DNA from: an uncultured Bacteroidales bacterium
Lineage (GTDB): Bacteria > Bacteroidota > Bacteroidia > Bacteroidales > VadinHA17
Direction of reading: 5' to 3'
DNA length: 64,000 nucleotides
Assembly (NCBI GenBank): GCA_963701745.1
Contig: CAVPBE010000004.1
Location: 88,586-152,585, forward strand
The first letter of the stretch is position 1. Every line of letters starts with the position of its first letter. The notes under the pieces were generated by a model that was not told the origin of the DNA, made no database searches, and was given only the letters and a program-made list of their open reading frames with translations. Below are positions 9,090 to 17,734 of this stretch, piece by piece. The position numbers were made by a program, and so were the translations under genes.

Positions 9090-9341
9090 CTATTTCCTCC
9101 TAACCATTCTGTACAGTACCAGAATTATTACAGCACCGCCGGTAGCAATAAGTATGCTTCTCAAATCAAAACCTGTTACTGATCCAAGACCAAGAGTTGT
9201 ACCAAGATAACCGCCAAGCAATCCTCCTCCAATACCCAGAAGAATTGTAACAAAACATCCTTGTGGATCCTTGCCTGGCATTACAAATTTTGCAAGCAAA
9301 CCAATGATCAGGCCCATTACGATCCAGGAAATTATTCCCAT
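9090..9341 (-). CDS. GlsB/YeaQ/YmgE family stress-response membrane protein
   Basis: MGIISWIVMGLIIGLLAKFVMPGKDPQG..LLGIGGGLLGGYLG is the characteristic transglycosylase-associated family pattern. Confidence 0.85.
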   Translation of the reverse strand: MGIISWIVMGLIIGLLAKFVMPGKDPQGCFVTILLGIGGGLLGGYLGTTLGLGSVTGFDLRSILIATGGAVIILVLYRMVRRK

Positions 9342-9368
9342 ATTTTACCCCCAGTTTTATAGTTAAAA

Positions 9369-9764
9369 TCAAAACCAGCTTTGCGCCAGGACTTTTCTTC
9401 CGCTCTGGAATCCGCTTACCTGATATGTAACTCTTTCAGGATTTTCATTCTCAATCTGATATACCCAGGAACCAAAAACACCGGTCGCCTGGTATACCCG
9501 TCTTACATATAGTCTGTCACCTGGAAGAAAATCACATTTTTTGGAATAGACCGAAATCTTTCCATAAAGAGAGTCAAGTGTTGTGGTGATTGAAAGAAGT
9601 GGCGGATTCCCGAAATGTTCAGGAGGTGTTATCACTCCTTCTATAAAATTACCAACAAATTTCCGGGTGACAAAAAGCTCATCCTCCGGAAGCAGTCCCG
9701 ATTTATTCACGGATGCGCAGGATATTAGAATAAGCAAAAAAAATAAGAATCCAGGCTTTTTCAT
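9369..9764 (-). CDS. Hypothetical lipoprotein
   Basis: Lipobox-type signal MKKPGFLFFLLILISC. I recognise no family. Confidence 0.6.
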   Translation of the reverse strand: MKKPGFLFFLLILISCASVNKSGLLPEDELFVTRKFVGNFIEGVITPPEHFGNPPLLSITTTLDSLYGKISVYSKKCDFLPGDRLYVRRVYQATGVFGSWVYQIENENPERVTYQVSGFQSGRKVLAQSWF

Positions 9765-10227
9765 TTTGTTATTAATTACCCGGCCTTAAGGACTTCCTGT
9801 TGATTTATCAATCAAATAAAACTGTTCAGAGATATAAAATTAAGGAAATAAACCGGTTCTTAATATGTGGTCCACCTTTAAATGGCGTAAAATACCTTAA
9901 TCCTGATCAAAAGAAATTAACGGTTCGTCAAAAAACACTTATTCTGATAAAAATCTGAAATTATTTTGTATTTCACTGATCATCAATGTTCTGTAGTCAC
10001 AAATGATGTACAATCAAAAGAAAACTCGTGTTTTTATGTAAATATCAGTCACGTTTTGACGAATATACCCTAGCCTGTCATGAGGGCCCGTCAATAATAA
10101 ACAATGCCCTGAAATCATATGACAAACGAAACTGCAATCACTCTCATTTCCCCACTAGTTCAGCTTTAGCTACTTGCAGGGAAGTGGTATCCGCATTACT
10201 TTTATCTCATTGTAAAACTAAAAAGTA

Positions 10228-10812
10228 ATGGCAACAATTTCAAACCCCGGCAAAGAACAGACAATTAATGAATCGGTCATAAATCATCCGGACAGGGACA
10301 AAAGCACCCATGGTATTTCCGGTTTCTTTCCTGCAATAGTAAACATGATCGCAGAGGATGGCGGAAGTTTCTTTAATTATTTAAAAGATCTTGGCCTTTC
10401 AAGAGAAAATAATCTTGTGGTCCTCTCTTCAAAGCATCATTATTTTTACGATGAAGTTGAGATGAAGAATGTCAGAACACTGATAAATCTGAGAAAACTC
10501 AATCTTATAAAATATCTTGATGAGTTTTTATTCACACTTATCCAGGTGTTGCCTCCCGATACCAAATTCCTTGGATGCTTCAGCGATTCAAGTTCCTCCG
10601 GGAATAATGATTCTTCATTATTTCATCCGATAAGGCTTTTAAAACAGAAAGTAAACAGACTTGATTTCCTTGGTGAAAAGACTATGAATAAAAACAAAGT
10701 CTCGGAAATCCTGGAATCATATGGCTTTAAAATTATCAATATGACCGAAATGAACGGGCTTACATATTTCTGTTCTCAGAATGTCAGCAAACCTGCCAGA
10801 TTGAGAGCTTAA
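10228..10812 (+). CDS. Hypothetical protein (possibly a degenerate methyltransferase-like fold)
   Basis: 194-aa ATG ORF with no competing frame. It only loosely resembles a class I MTase layout (NLVVLSSKHH..., LPPDTKFLGCF) and lacks a GxGxG motif. Confidence 0.5.
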   Translation: MATISNPGKEQTINESVINHPDRDKSTHGISGFFPAIVNMIAEDGGSFFNYLKDLGLSRENNLVVLSSKHHYFYDEVEMKNVRTLINLRKLNLIKYLDEFLFTLIQVLPPDTKFLGCFSDSSSSGNNDSSLFHPIRLLKQKVNRLDFLGEKTMNKNKVSEILESYGFKIINMTEMNGLTYFCSQNVSKPARLRA

Positions 10813-10875
10813 TTATCGGTCTGGACTTAATATATAACTTAAAAGATTTGAGTATGAATTGAAATCTACGCTTGT

Positions 10876-11109
10876 ATGAAAAACCTAAGGAAATCCAATT
10901 TCGGAAAGGTTCTGATGTACGTATTCTCCGTTAGCACGGTAGTTCTGATGGTTCTTCTTGCGTCAAAACTCATACCTGAACGGATCAATACGGTCATCAA
11001 TATCTGGCTTGTCGAATTATTCCTTGTTATAGGATACTGTCTGTTTTTCTATGATGCAAGACAGGTAAAGAAAGGCGGCAGAAAGAATATTTCTGTTCTG
11101 AAGCATTAG
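10876..11109 (+). CDS. Small hypothetical membrane protein
   Basis: 77 aa with two predicted hydrophobic helices (VLMYVFSVSTVVLMVLLA and WLVELFLVIGYCLFFY). Confidence 0.4.
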   Translation: MKNLRKSNFGKVLMYVFSVSTVVLMVLLASKLIPERINTVINIWLVELFLVIGYCLFFYDARQVKKGGRKNISVLKH

Positions 11110-11233
11110 TAATTCTTTAAGCCAGATCTGCGGAATTAAACTGAATTTCTCATTTTTTATCGCGGCTTCTCGAAGTTAAAGACAGTTTAACTCAGTATTC
11201 ACTCCGTGAGAATCAGTGGCTAAGTATTTCTAA

Positions 11234-12835
11234 TTATAAAGTCCACCCGTCTCTGTATTTGTAGTGAAGCAGTTCATTGGCCTCAGGAAGATTTGTGAAC
11301 TCCATTTTATCGGGATTATATTCCAGGGTAATATTTTTATTTGCCATAAGCACTGCTATATTTCCCAGCATCATGGTCTCAACAAGCCTGCTTGCATATG
11401 AGAAGTCCGTTGAGGATTTTGTATTATTCTTAATTGCATCAATCCATTCTGCATAAATTCCCGGTGACCTTGGCAGCCATGGTTTTGGCGGTATAAATTG
11501 TTCCATTACCTTTTTGGGCAGAAGCTGAGGATTGCTTCCATAGTCTCCGTGCATAAGTACTCCTTTGTCCCCGATATAGAGTGCGGAATTAACACGGGTT
11601 CCAGGATCTATTTCAATCGGACGCGGTGCACGCAATCCGCCATCGACCCAGGTAATTGTAACAGGTGGCATATATCCACGGGCCGGGAATTCATAGGTTA
11701 TCATTTCGGCAAGGGGCCAGAATTCATTGTTATAGACTGATGAACTTGCCTGCACCCTGGTCGGTATCCCAAGATTCAATGACCAGAAGGCATGGTCGTA
11801 GATATGAGCTCCCATGTCGCCAAGAGCACCTGTGCCATAATCACGAAGTCCGCGCCAGTTGAAATGACAGATATCAGGATGATAGTCTTTTTTTGGAGCC
11901 GGACCGAGCCAAACATCCCAGTCAAGTGATTTTGGTATTTCAATTCCGGCAGGTCTTGTAATATTTCCCTGCGGCCAGATCGGTCTGTTGGTGGAGAGAT
12001 GAACTTCACGGACAAGCCCTATGGCCCCGCTTTGTATCCATTCATTTATTAACCTGGCCCCTTCGCTGGCATGCCCCTGGTTGCCCATCTGAGTAACAAC
12101 ATTATATTCTTTTGCGATTTCTGCAAGCTTCCTGCATTCATAAATAGTTTTGCACAATGGTTTTTCAACATATACATGCTTTTTCTGCCTCATGAATGCT
12201 GCTGCTATCGGCGCATGGTTATGGTCGGGTGTTCCAATCACAACTGCATCAATCGATTTTTCCTTTTCAAGCATCCGGCGCCAGTCAGTATAAACCTTTG
12301 CTTTCGGATAGCCTTTAAATATATGTGCAGCGAAAGCAGTATCGACGTCACAGAGTGCATAAATATTTGCCAGCTTAATGGGCGTACGATTCTGCTGTGC
12401 CCCCTGCTGAGCTTGTTGCCCCTGTGGAGGCTGCTGACCACCCTGAGGCGGCTGTTGTCCCTGTTGAGGCTGCTGGCCGCCCTGGGCCGGCCGGTTTCCC
12501 ATTCTGGCTTCCCTGGCAGCAATCTCTTCTTTGCTGAATGGCTGGCCTGTGCTTGTGCGCTGAGGATTGATAATCGGCACATCCGGATCGCATAAACCTC
12601 TTATATCTGCTGCTCCGCGGGCTCCGATACCTATTCCTGCAACATTTACGGTATCACTTGGCTGCTGATACCCTTTTCCCGGCATTACATGGCGGGGAAT
12701 AATCGTAAACCCTGCTGTTGCAGCGCTCACAGTACCCAAAAATTTCCTTCTGGAAAGTTCTTTTGATTTTTTGTTTTTTTCGGGGTTAAGTTTGATCATG
12801 GGATACTCCTTTCTCTTAGTAATGATAAATTCCAT
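11234..12835 (-). CDS. Tat-exported Gfo/Idh/MocA family oxidoreductase with a Gln/Pro/Gly-rich insertion
   Basis: Twin-arginine signal SRRKFLGTVSAATAGF. Rossmann motif VAGIGIGARG ... ALCDVD, followed by EKPL. There is an alternative ATG at 12799. Confidence 0.85.
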   Translation of the reverse strand: MEFIITKRKEYPMIKLNPEKNKKSKELSRRKFLGTVSAATAGFTIIPRHVMPGKGYQQPSDTVNVAGIGIGARGAADIRGLCDPDVPIINPQRTSTGQPFSKEEIAAREARMGNRPAQGGQQPQQGQQPPQGGQQPPQGQQAQQGAQQNRTPIKLANIYALCDVDTAFAAHIFKGYPKAKVYTDWRRMLEKEKSIDAVVIGTPDHNHAPIAAAFMRQKKHVYVEKPLCKTIYECRKLAEIAKEYNVVTQMGNQGHASEGARLINEWIQSGAIGLVREVHLSTNRPIWPQGNITRPAGIEIPKSLDWDVWLGPAPKKDYHPDICHFNWRGLRDYGTGALGDMGAHIYDHAFWSLNLGIPTRVQASSSVYNNEFWPLAEMITYEFPARGYMPPVTITWVDGGLRAPRPIEIDPGTRVNSALYIGDKGVLMHGDYGSNPQLLPKKVMEQFIPPKPWLPRSPGIYAEWIDAIKNNTKSSTDFSYASRLVETMMLGNIAVLMANKNITLEYNPDKMEFTNLPEANELLHYKYRDGWTL

Positions 12836-12943
12836 TAAATATATAAATAATCCTGGTTAACTTTTGAGGAAAAACAAGAAAGTGAAATGAATTAAGATAA
12901 TTTAACTTTACTATTTGAAGAAATGATACAAGGAGATTCTTTA

Positions 12944-13296
12944 TGGAACCACTCTGTGGTTCATTACAAACTTAATTCTTAAGCTCTAATATTGATGGAA
13001 TCGCTCCGCGATACAATAATCTTGTCAGAGTCAATTAGCCATTACTTAAATGGAACCGTCGGAGTGGTTCCATTAATGCTAGGTTGTATGGAACATATTT
13101 GTTGGTGAACACCGGAGGTGTTCCATCCTCCGTGGTTCATTACAAACTTAATTCTTCAGTGCTAACATTGATGGAATCGCTCCGCGATATAATATTCTAG
13201 TCAGAGCAAATAGGTACTAATAAATGGAACCGCGGAGTGGTTCCATTAATGCTAGGTTGTATGGAACATATTTGTTGATGAACACCGGAGGTGTTC
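12944..13296. repeat. Two tandem copies of a 176-bp hairpin-rich unit in a divergent intergenic region
   Basis: GTGGTTCATTACAAACTTAATTCTT begins at both 12956 and 13132. Each unit carries the stem-loops ATCGC-TCC-GCGAT, ATGGAACC-N8-GGTTCCAT and GAACAC-CGGAG-GTGTTC. Confidence 0.9.
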
Positions 13297-13415
13297 ATCA
13301 ATCATTTGACAATATTAAACTCCTTAGAAACTGCTTTTTTAGTTCCAAAAATCACAAATTCTGTACCTTTGATTTATCTGAAATTATTCACTCAATAAAC
13401 AGTACTTAAATACCA

Positions 13416-14291
13416 ATGAAAATGGAAAAATATAAAGCTGTGTCCGGAGGTTTTTTGCGATATGCTTCAATATTACTATTTATTTCTGTCTTATTTCCCA
13501 ACATCTCCTCAGCGCAGATGAAGATCTATGTCAACACCGACCTTGAAGGGATAAGCGGAGTATTTAAATTTGACCAAACACGGGAAAAAGATACTCCTTT
13601 AAATATTCAGGCGTGTGAATATTTTATGGGCGATGTGGCTGCCGTTGTTCGGGGTCTGAGGGATGGCGGAGCTACCGAAATAGTTGTTCTTGACGGTCAC
13701 GGATCACAGGCTGTGATACCACATCTCATGGAACCTGGAGCAAAGTACATCACTGGCAAACCAAGACCCGGTGCGGGAAATTTGTCTGCACTAGACAGCT
13801 CATTTGCAGGGATGGTACTGCTTGGTTTCCACGCAATGATGGGAACACCCGACGGAGTACTTAACCACACTCAGAGCTCAATGACAGAAAACAGGTACTG
13901 GTATAACGGGGTGGAATCGGGTGAGATGGTACAGAATGCCATTATTGCAGGGTATTACGGCGTGCCGGTAATAATGGTTACAGGAGATGAAGCTACTGCC
14001 AGGGAGGCAAGGAAATTCTTTGGTAATAATATCATAACTGTACCTGTAAAAAAAGGATTCACACGGGAGGCAGCAATTCTCTATCCTTTTGAAGAGACCC
14101 GGCAAGCATTATACGAAGGAGCAAAAAAGGCTGTAAGTGTTATTTCGAAATGCAAACCTTATAAAATCGACACCCCTGTCAAAGTCAGAATGCAGTACCT
14201 GAATCTTGATCCTAAGCTTCCAAAGCCTGAAGTGATAACTGTTGAGGGAACTTCAAAGGATGCCCTGCATATCCTGGAGTTTAGTAAATAG
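13416..14291 (+). CDS. M55 family metallopeptidase (D-aminopeptidase DppA-like) with a signal peptide
   Basis: MKIYVNTDLEGISGV, VVLDGHG and VIMVTGDE are M55 hallmarks. The N-terminus (ILLFISVLFPNISSA) looks like a signal peptide. Confidence 0.8.
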   Translation: MKMEKYKAVSGGFLRYASILLFISVLFPNISSAQMKIYVNTDLEGISGVFKFDQTREKDTPLNIQACEYFMGDVAAVVRGLRDGGATEIVVLDGHGSQAVIPHLMEPGAKYITGKPRPGAGNLSALDSSFAGMVLLGFHAMMGTPDGVLNHTQSSMTENRYWYNGVESGEMVQNAIIAGYYGVPVIMVTGDEATAREARKFFGNNIITVPVKKGFTREAAILYPFEETRQALYEGAKKAVSVISKCKPYKIDTPVKVRMQYLNLDPKLPKPEVITVEGTSKDALHILEFSK

Positions 14292-14304
14292 TATCAGGGT
14301 TGTA

Positions 14305-16254
14305 TCACATACTTGACGGCAACGTGAATTTAAATTCATCACTCTTTCCGTTCGTGTTCTCTGCCCAGATTTTTCCGTTATGCTTTTCCACGAATTCTTT
14401 GCAGAGTAACAATCCTAAAGTTGACCCCTTTTCCTCAGCAGAACTTAACGATGAATCAATTTGTGAGATATCAAACAGTCTTGTAATGTGAGAAGAGACA
14501 AGCCCTGGACCACCGAACCAGACTGAAACCATCACATTTGAATCTGATTTCCGGGCATTAATATCAATTTGCCCGTCATTGCCAGCAAGATTTATTGCAT
14601 AGGAAATAAGATTCCTCAATATTGTTTTCAGCATAAAGCTGTCTGCCGAAACATATATTTCATTTTCAGCAAAATTATTAATCTTGATGTTTCTTGAATC
14701 CAGATTAGCCTTAAGGATTGAGACAGCATCCAGGCATATACTCCTTAAATTCAGCTTTTGCGGTTCAAAAGTGATCTTACCCTGGTTCATTTTTGTCCAC
14801 TGAAGCAGGTTATCAAGAACACTATAAAGGTTAGTGGCTGATTTACTCATCATACCAGCCATTTTTTGAATTTCCTTGATTGGCAGATTATCCAGTTCCT
14901 CAGCCATCAGCTTTGAAAAGTTATTGAACACATTGAATGGAGTATAAAGATACTGGGCAATGATTGAATAGAATTTATCCTTTTCCGCACTCACCCTCAG
15001 TAATTCTTTTTCATACCTCCTGATCTCAGTCGTATCCCTTATTACAGTACAAAACAGGTTTTCGCCGTCCAGAATAATCGGAAATACAATGCTCTGGATA
15101 TTTCGAATTTTACCGGAACCAGGAATTAAGATTTTACTTTCAATGATTTGATTTAGTATCTCGGGTGTTTCATTCTTTAAAATGCCATTTATGAGTTTTT
15201 CAATAGCTTCCCTGTTATTATCTGGCGGAGGTGTAAGCTGAACCTGAATATCAACGATGCTTTTTTTAAGGACTTCTTCGGTTTTCAATCCGCTCAGCAT
15301 TTCAGCACCTCTGTTCCAGATAATTATTTTCCCCTGCTCATCAAAAACAATAATAGTATCGTTGATCTGATTGATTATTTCCCTGAATTTTATCTCACTG
15401 TCTTTGAGAGCCTTCTCTGCATTTATCCGGTCTGTTATATTTCTTGCTAAACCGGTACACCCTATAATTTCTTTCTTATCATCAATTATAGGATTGAAAA
15501 AAGTTTCATAATATGCAAGGTTGACCTCGCCGAAGGTCTGTATATGCGATTTGGACTCACCTCTTAAAGCAAAATCAATAATTTCCCTGATCACTTTTCT
15601 GTCACTCTCTGAAGTAATGAAATCCAGCAGATTCATTCCCGTCTTTATGTCGCTGCCATATGCAAATTTCATTGCCTCATAGTGGGCTTTATTAAAATAC
15701 ATATACCGGTAATTCCGATCAGTAGAAAAAATATTCGTTTCCTTGTGGCTTTCAATGCTTGATATAAGAAGCACCTTCGATTTCATAAGTGCCTCCTCAG
15801 TCTTCTTTCTTTCGGTAATGTCATTGACATTTGCAAGGTAAAAGGTCCGGTTATCTTCCTGGGTGAAAGTCGAAATAATAATATTTACAGGAATACTATT
15901 CCCGTTTTTGTGACGAAAAACAAGATCAAACCCTTCGCTGGGAGCATTATTGTTAAGGGTTTGCTCGAAAGTATTCATTATGTTTTTAATTTCCTCCGGC
16001 GGCCAGTATAAGTATGGCGGTTCTTTTCCAAGAAGTTCATCTTCTTCCCAGCCAAACATTTTACAGAAAGACTGGTTGACAAATACCTGTCTTCCCTTTT
16101 CATCAATCACGGCAATACCGCTTGGAATGGAACTCTCAATTGCCTTCCGGAATGATATTTCGTTATGAAAAGAGGCTCCTGTTAAATGTGAGTGAATAGT
16201 TGTTTGAACAGGCTCTGTTTTCATTTTACTTCCTTCGTTTTCAATGAAATTCAT
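14305..16254 (-). CDS. Multi-PAS histidine-kinase homolog with degenerate catalytic motifs
   Basis: Three PAS-type modules are joined by the linkers NDITERKKTEEAL, ARNITDRINAEKAL and IRDTTEIRRYEKEL. A DHp-like segment (KDKFYSIIAQYLYTPFN) and an HATPase-like C-terminus (LRNLISYAINLAG, WFGGPGL, GSTLGL, CKEFVEKHNGKIW) follow. The ATG at 16254 is preferred over the listed TTG at 16296. Confidence 0.85.
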   Translation of the reverse strand: MNFIENEGSKMKTEPVQTTIHSHLTGASFHNEISFRKAIESSIPSGIAVIDEKGRQVFVNQSFCKMFGWEEDELLGKEPPYLYWPPEEIKNIMNTFEQTLNNNAPSEGFDLVFRHKNGNSIPVNIIISTFTQEDNRTFYLANVNDITERKKTEEALMKSKVLLISSIESHKETNIFSTDRNYRYMYFNKAHYEAMKFAYGSDIKTGMNLLDFITSESDRKVIREIIDFALRGESKSHIQTFGEVNLAYYETFFNPIIDDKKEIIGCTGLARNITDRINAEKALKDSEIKFREIINQINDTIIVFDEQGKIIIWNRGAEMLSGLKTEEVLKKSIVDIQVQLTPPPDNNREAIEKLINGILKNETPEILNQIIESKILIPGSGKIRNIQSIVFPIILDGENLFCTVIRDTTEIRRYEKELLRVSAEKDKFYSIIAQYLYTPFNVFNNFSKLMAEELDNLPIKEIQKMAGMMSKSATNLYSVLDNLLQWTKMNQGKITFEPQKLNLRSICLDAVSILKANLDSRNIKINNFAENEIYVSADSFMLKTILRNLISYAINLAGNDGQIDINARKSDSNVMVSVWFGGPGLVSSHITRLFDISQIDSSLSSAEEKGSTLGLLLCKEFVEKHNGKIWAENTNGKSDEFKFTLPSSM

Positions 16255-16379
16255 CCTGTTGGTATTAATTATGGTTAATTCTGGCGGATAATACAACTAT
16301 TAACAAACCGGATCAGAAATTGTTTTCATCAGGATCATATAATGTTTTTTTCCCAAAACATGTTCTTTTTAGTGAAGAG

Positions 16380-16700
16380 CAAGAATGCAGAGTTGGTAGG
16401 GAGAGCCTGCCCCGCAATAGCGGGGAACCAGTTTGAGCAAAAGATAGTGGGCAATTTTATAGAAGAAGGTGCCAGATTACAGTGGGGAGCCCCTCTTTAC
16501 GAGGTAAACTCCGCGACGAACCAAGCTTCCGCTTTGCGGAATAAACTCCGGTAATCTCGACTTAGTCAACCGATTGAAGGGAGCTCACCGAATGTAAATC
16601 TCCCCTCGGCGGGTGCAAAAACCTTGACAGGTCGCACGATTTGTCAATATAAAGCGAATATCCTGGGTTTGACTGATTCAAGATATACCCGCCGGATACT
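16380..16700. other. GC-rich, hairpin-dense intergenic block; candidate structured RNA, family not identified
   Basis: Stem-loops seen: CCCCGC-AATA-GCGGGG (16410-16425), TTCCGC-TTT-GCGGAA (16527-16541), GGGAG...CTCCC (16579-16604) and TTGACA...TGTCAA (16624-16647). No convincing ORF on either strand. Confidence 0.3.
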
Positions 16701-16726
16701 ATCAACTGATGTAATAACTACAGTTT

Positions 16727-17734
16727 TTATTTTTTCGGAAAAGTAAGCCGGTCAACACTTACAAACCCACTGGCAACTACAGTTTCCCGGATATTGTTCT
16801 TATCAACGACAATTGTTTCAAGAAATACAGATGGAACATCTTTAAATCCGTTATTTATTGAACTATTTACAGCTTCAATCTTTTCTCCTTTTGCAAGCTT
16901 TACCGCCTGCTCAGCTGCAATGGTAGCCAGGTCTTTGAAGGGTTTATAAACAGTCATGCTTTGTTTCCCGTCGAGAATATTCTGAAGTCCTCCAACAGAA
17001 GCATCTGTACCAGTTATTACAATATCCCAGATTCCTAGCATCTTATCGAGTGCCATAATGCATCCTCCGGCAAGTCCGTCATTGCCAGCTAAGATGGCAT
17101 CGATTTGTAGGTTTTTGTTCTTTTCGAGGAATCCCTGGATTTCTATATATGCGTCAATGGGATTCCATGTATTTAGATACTTTTCCATTACTATTTTTAT
17201 ATCGCCTCGTTCGATGTAAGGGGCCAGAGTGGTTTTTTGCCCATGCATGAAAAGTATTGAGTTGTAATCGTATACGGGACCACCTAACAGGATGTAATTC
17301 CCCTTCGGGCGCTGCGCAACTGCATATTCAGCCTGCTGGCTGCCAACCTTTTGATTGTAAAATGAGAAATAGTAATCTACATCAGTAATATGAAGAAGGC
17401 GTTCATAAGCAATTACCTTAATATTCTTCTTATGTGCCGCTTCAATAACTTTGTCCCATTTATAGCTGTCGGTTGGAAAAACCACCAGGACATCAACTCC
17501 TGCATCAATAAGGGTTTGAGCTTGTTTTAATTGTTCGTCCGGACCTCCATACCCATATTGCATCAAGGGAGTCGCTCCCAGCGACTTGACCTTTTCTTCA
17601 AAGATAGAAGCCTCCTGACTCATACGGTCAGAAGAAATCTCTCCTATGCTATAGCCGATCTTTAAAGAATCCCGGCATGATGTTAAAATCAACACCGTTA
17701 ATAAAAACAATAAAGAGATACACTTACTTTTCAT
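16727..17734 (-). CDS. Periplasmic sugar-binding (XylF/RbsB-like, Peripla_BP) lipoprotein
   Basis: Lipobox LLTVLILTSC. LKIGYSIG..., DVLVVFPTD, KVIAYERL, ILLGGP and AILAGNDGLAGG are typical of type I sugar-binding proteins. Confidence 0.8.
   Translation of the reverse strand: MKSKCISLLFLLTVLILTSCRDSLKIGYSIGEISSDRMSQEASIFEEKVKSLGATPLMQYGYGGPDEQLKQAQTLIDAGVDVLVVFPTDSYKWDKVIEAAHKKNIKVIAYERLLHITDVDYYFSFYNQKVGSQQAEYAVAQRPKGNYILLGGPVYDYNSILFMHGQKTTLAPYIERGDIKIVMEKYLNTWNPIDAYIEIQGFLEKNKNLQIDAILAGNDGLAGGCIMALDKMLGIWDIVITGTDASVGGLQNILDGKQSMTVYKPFKDLATIAAEQAVKLAKGEKIEAVNSSINNGFKDVPSVFLETIVVDKNNIRETVVASGFVSVDRLTFPKK

Noticed and set aside
12944-13296. Tandem repeats considered as a CRISPR array, and TGGAAC-N5-TTGTT considered as a sigma-54 promoter
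   Set aside because: There are only two long (176-bp) units with no unique spacers and no cas genes. The GG/GC spacing of the putative -24/-12 element is off by one and lacks the GC dinucleotide.
13224-13409. 61-aa ORF in the spacer upstream of the M55 peptidase gene
   Set aside because: It is generated by the second copy of the 176-bp tandem repeat, and the first copy does not maintain the frame.
16342-16554. 70-aa ORF in the GC-rich spacer, and the possibility that the spacer is a cobalamin or lysine riboswitch
   Set aside because: The ORF has no recognisable family. GGGAGAGCCTGCC resembles a B12 box, and TTGAAGGGAGCTCACCGAA resembles the lysine-riboswitch core. However, the elements are in the wrong order for either class, no closing P1 helix is present, and no regulated gene lies downstream on the plus strand. 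It is kept only as an unclassified candidate structured region.
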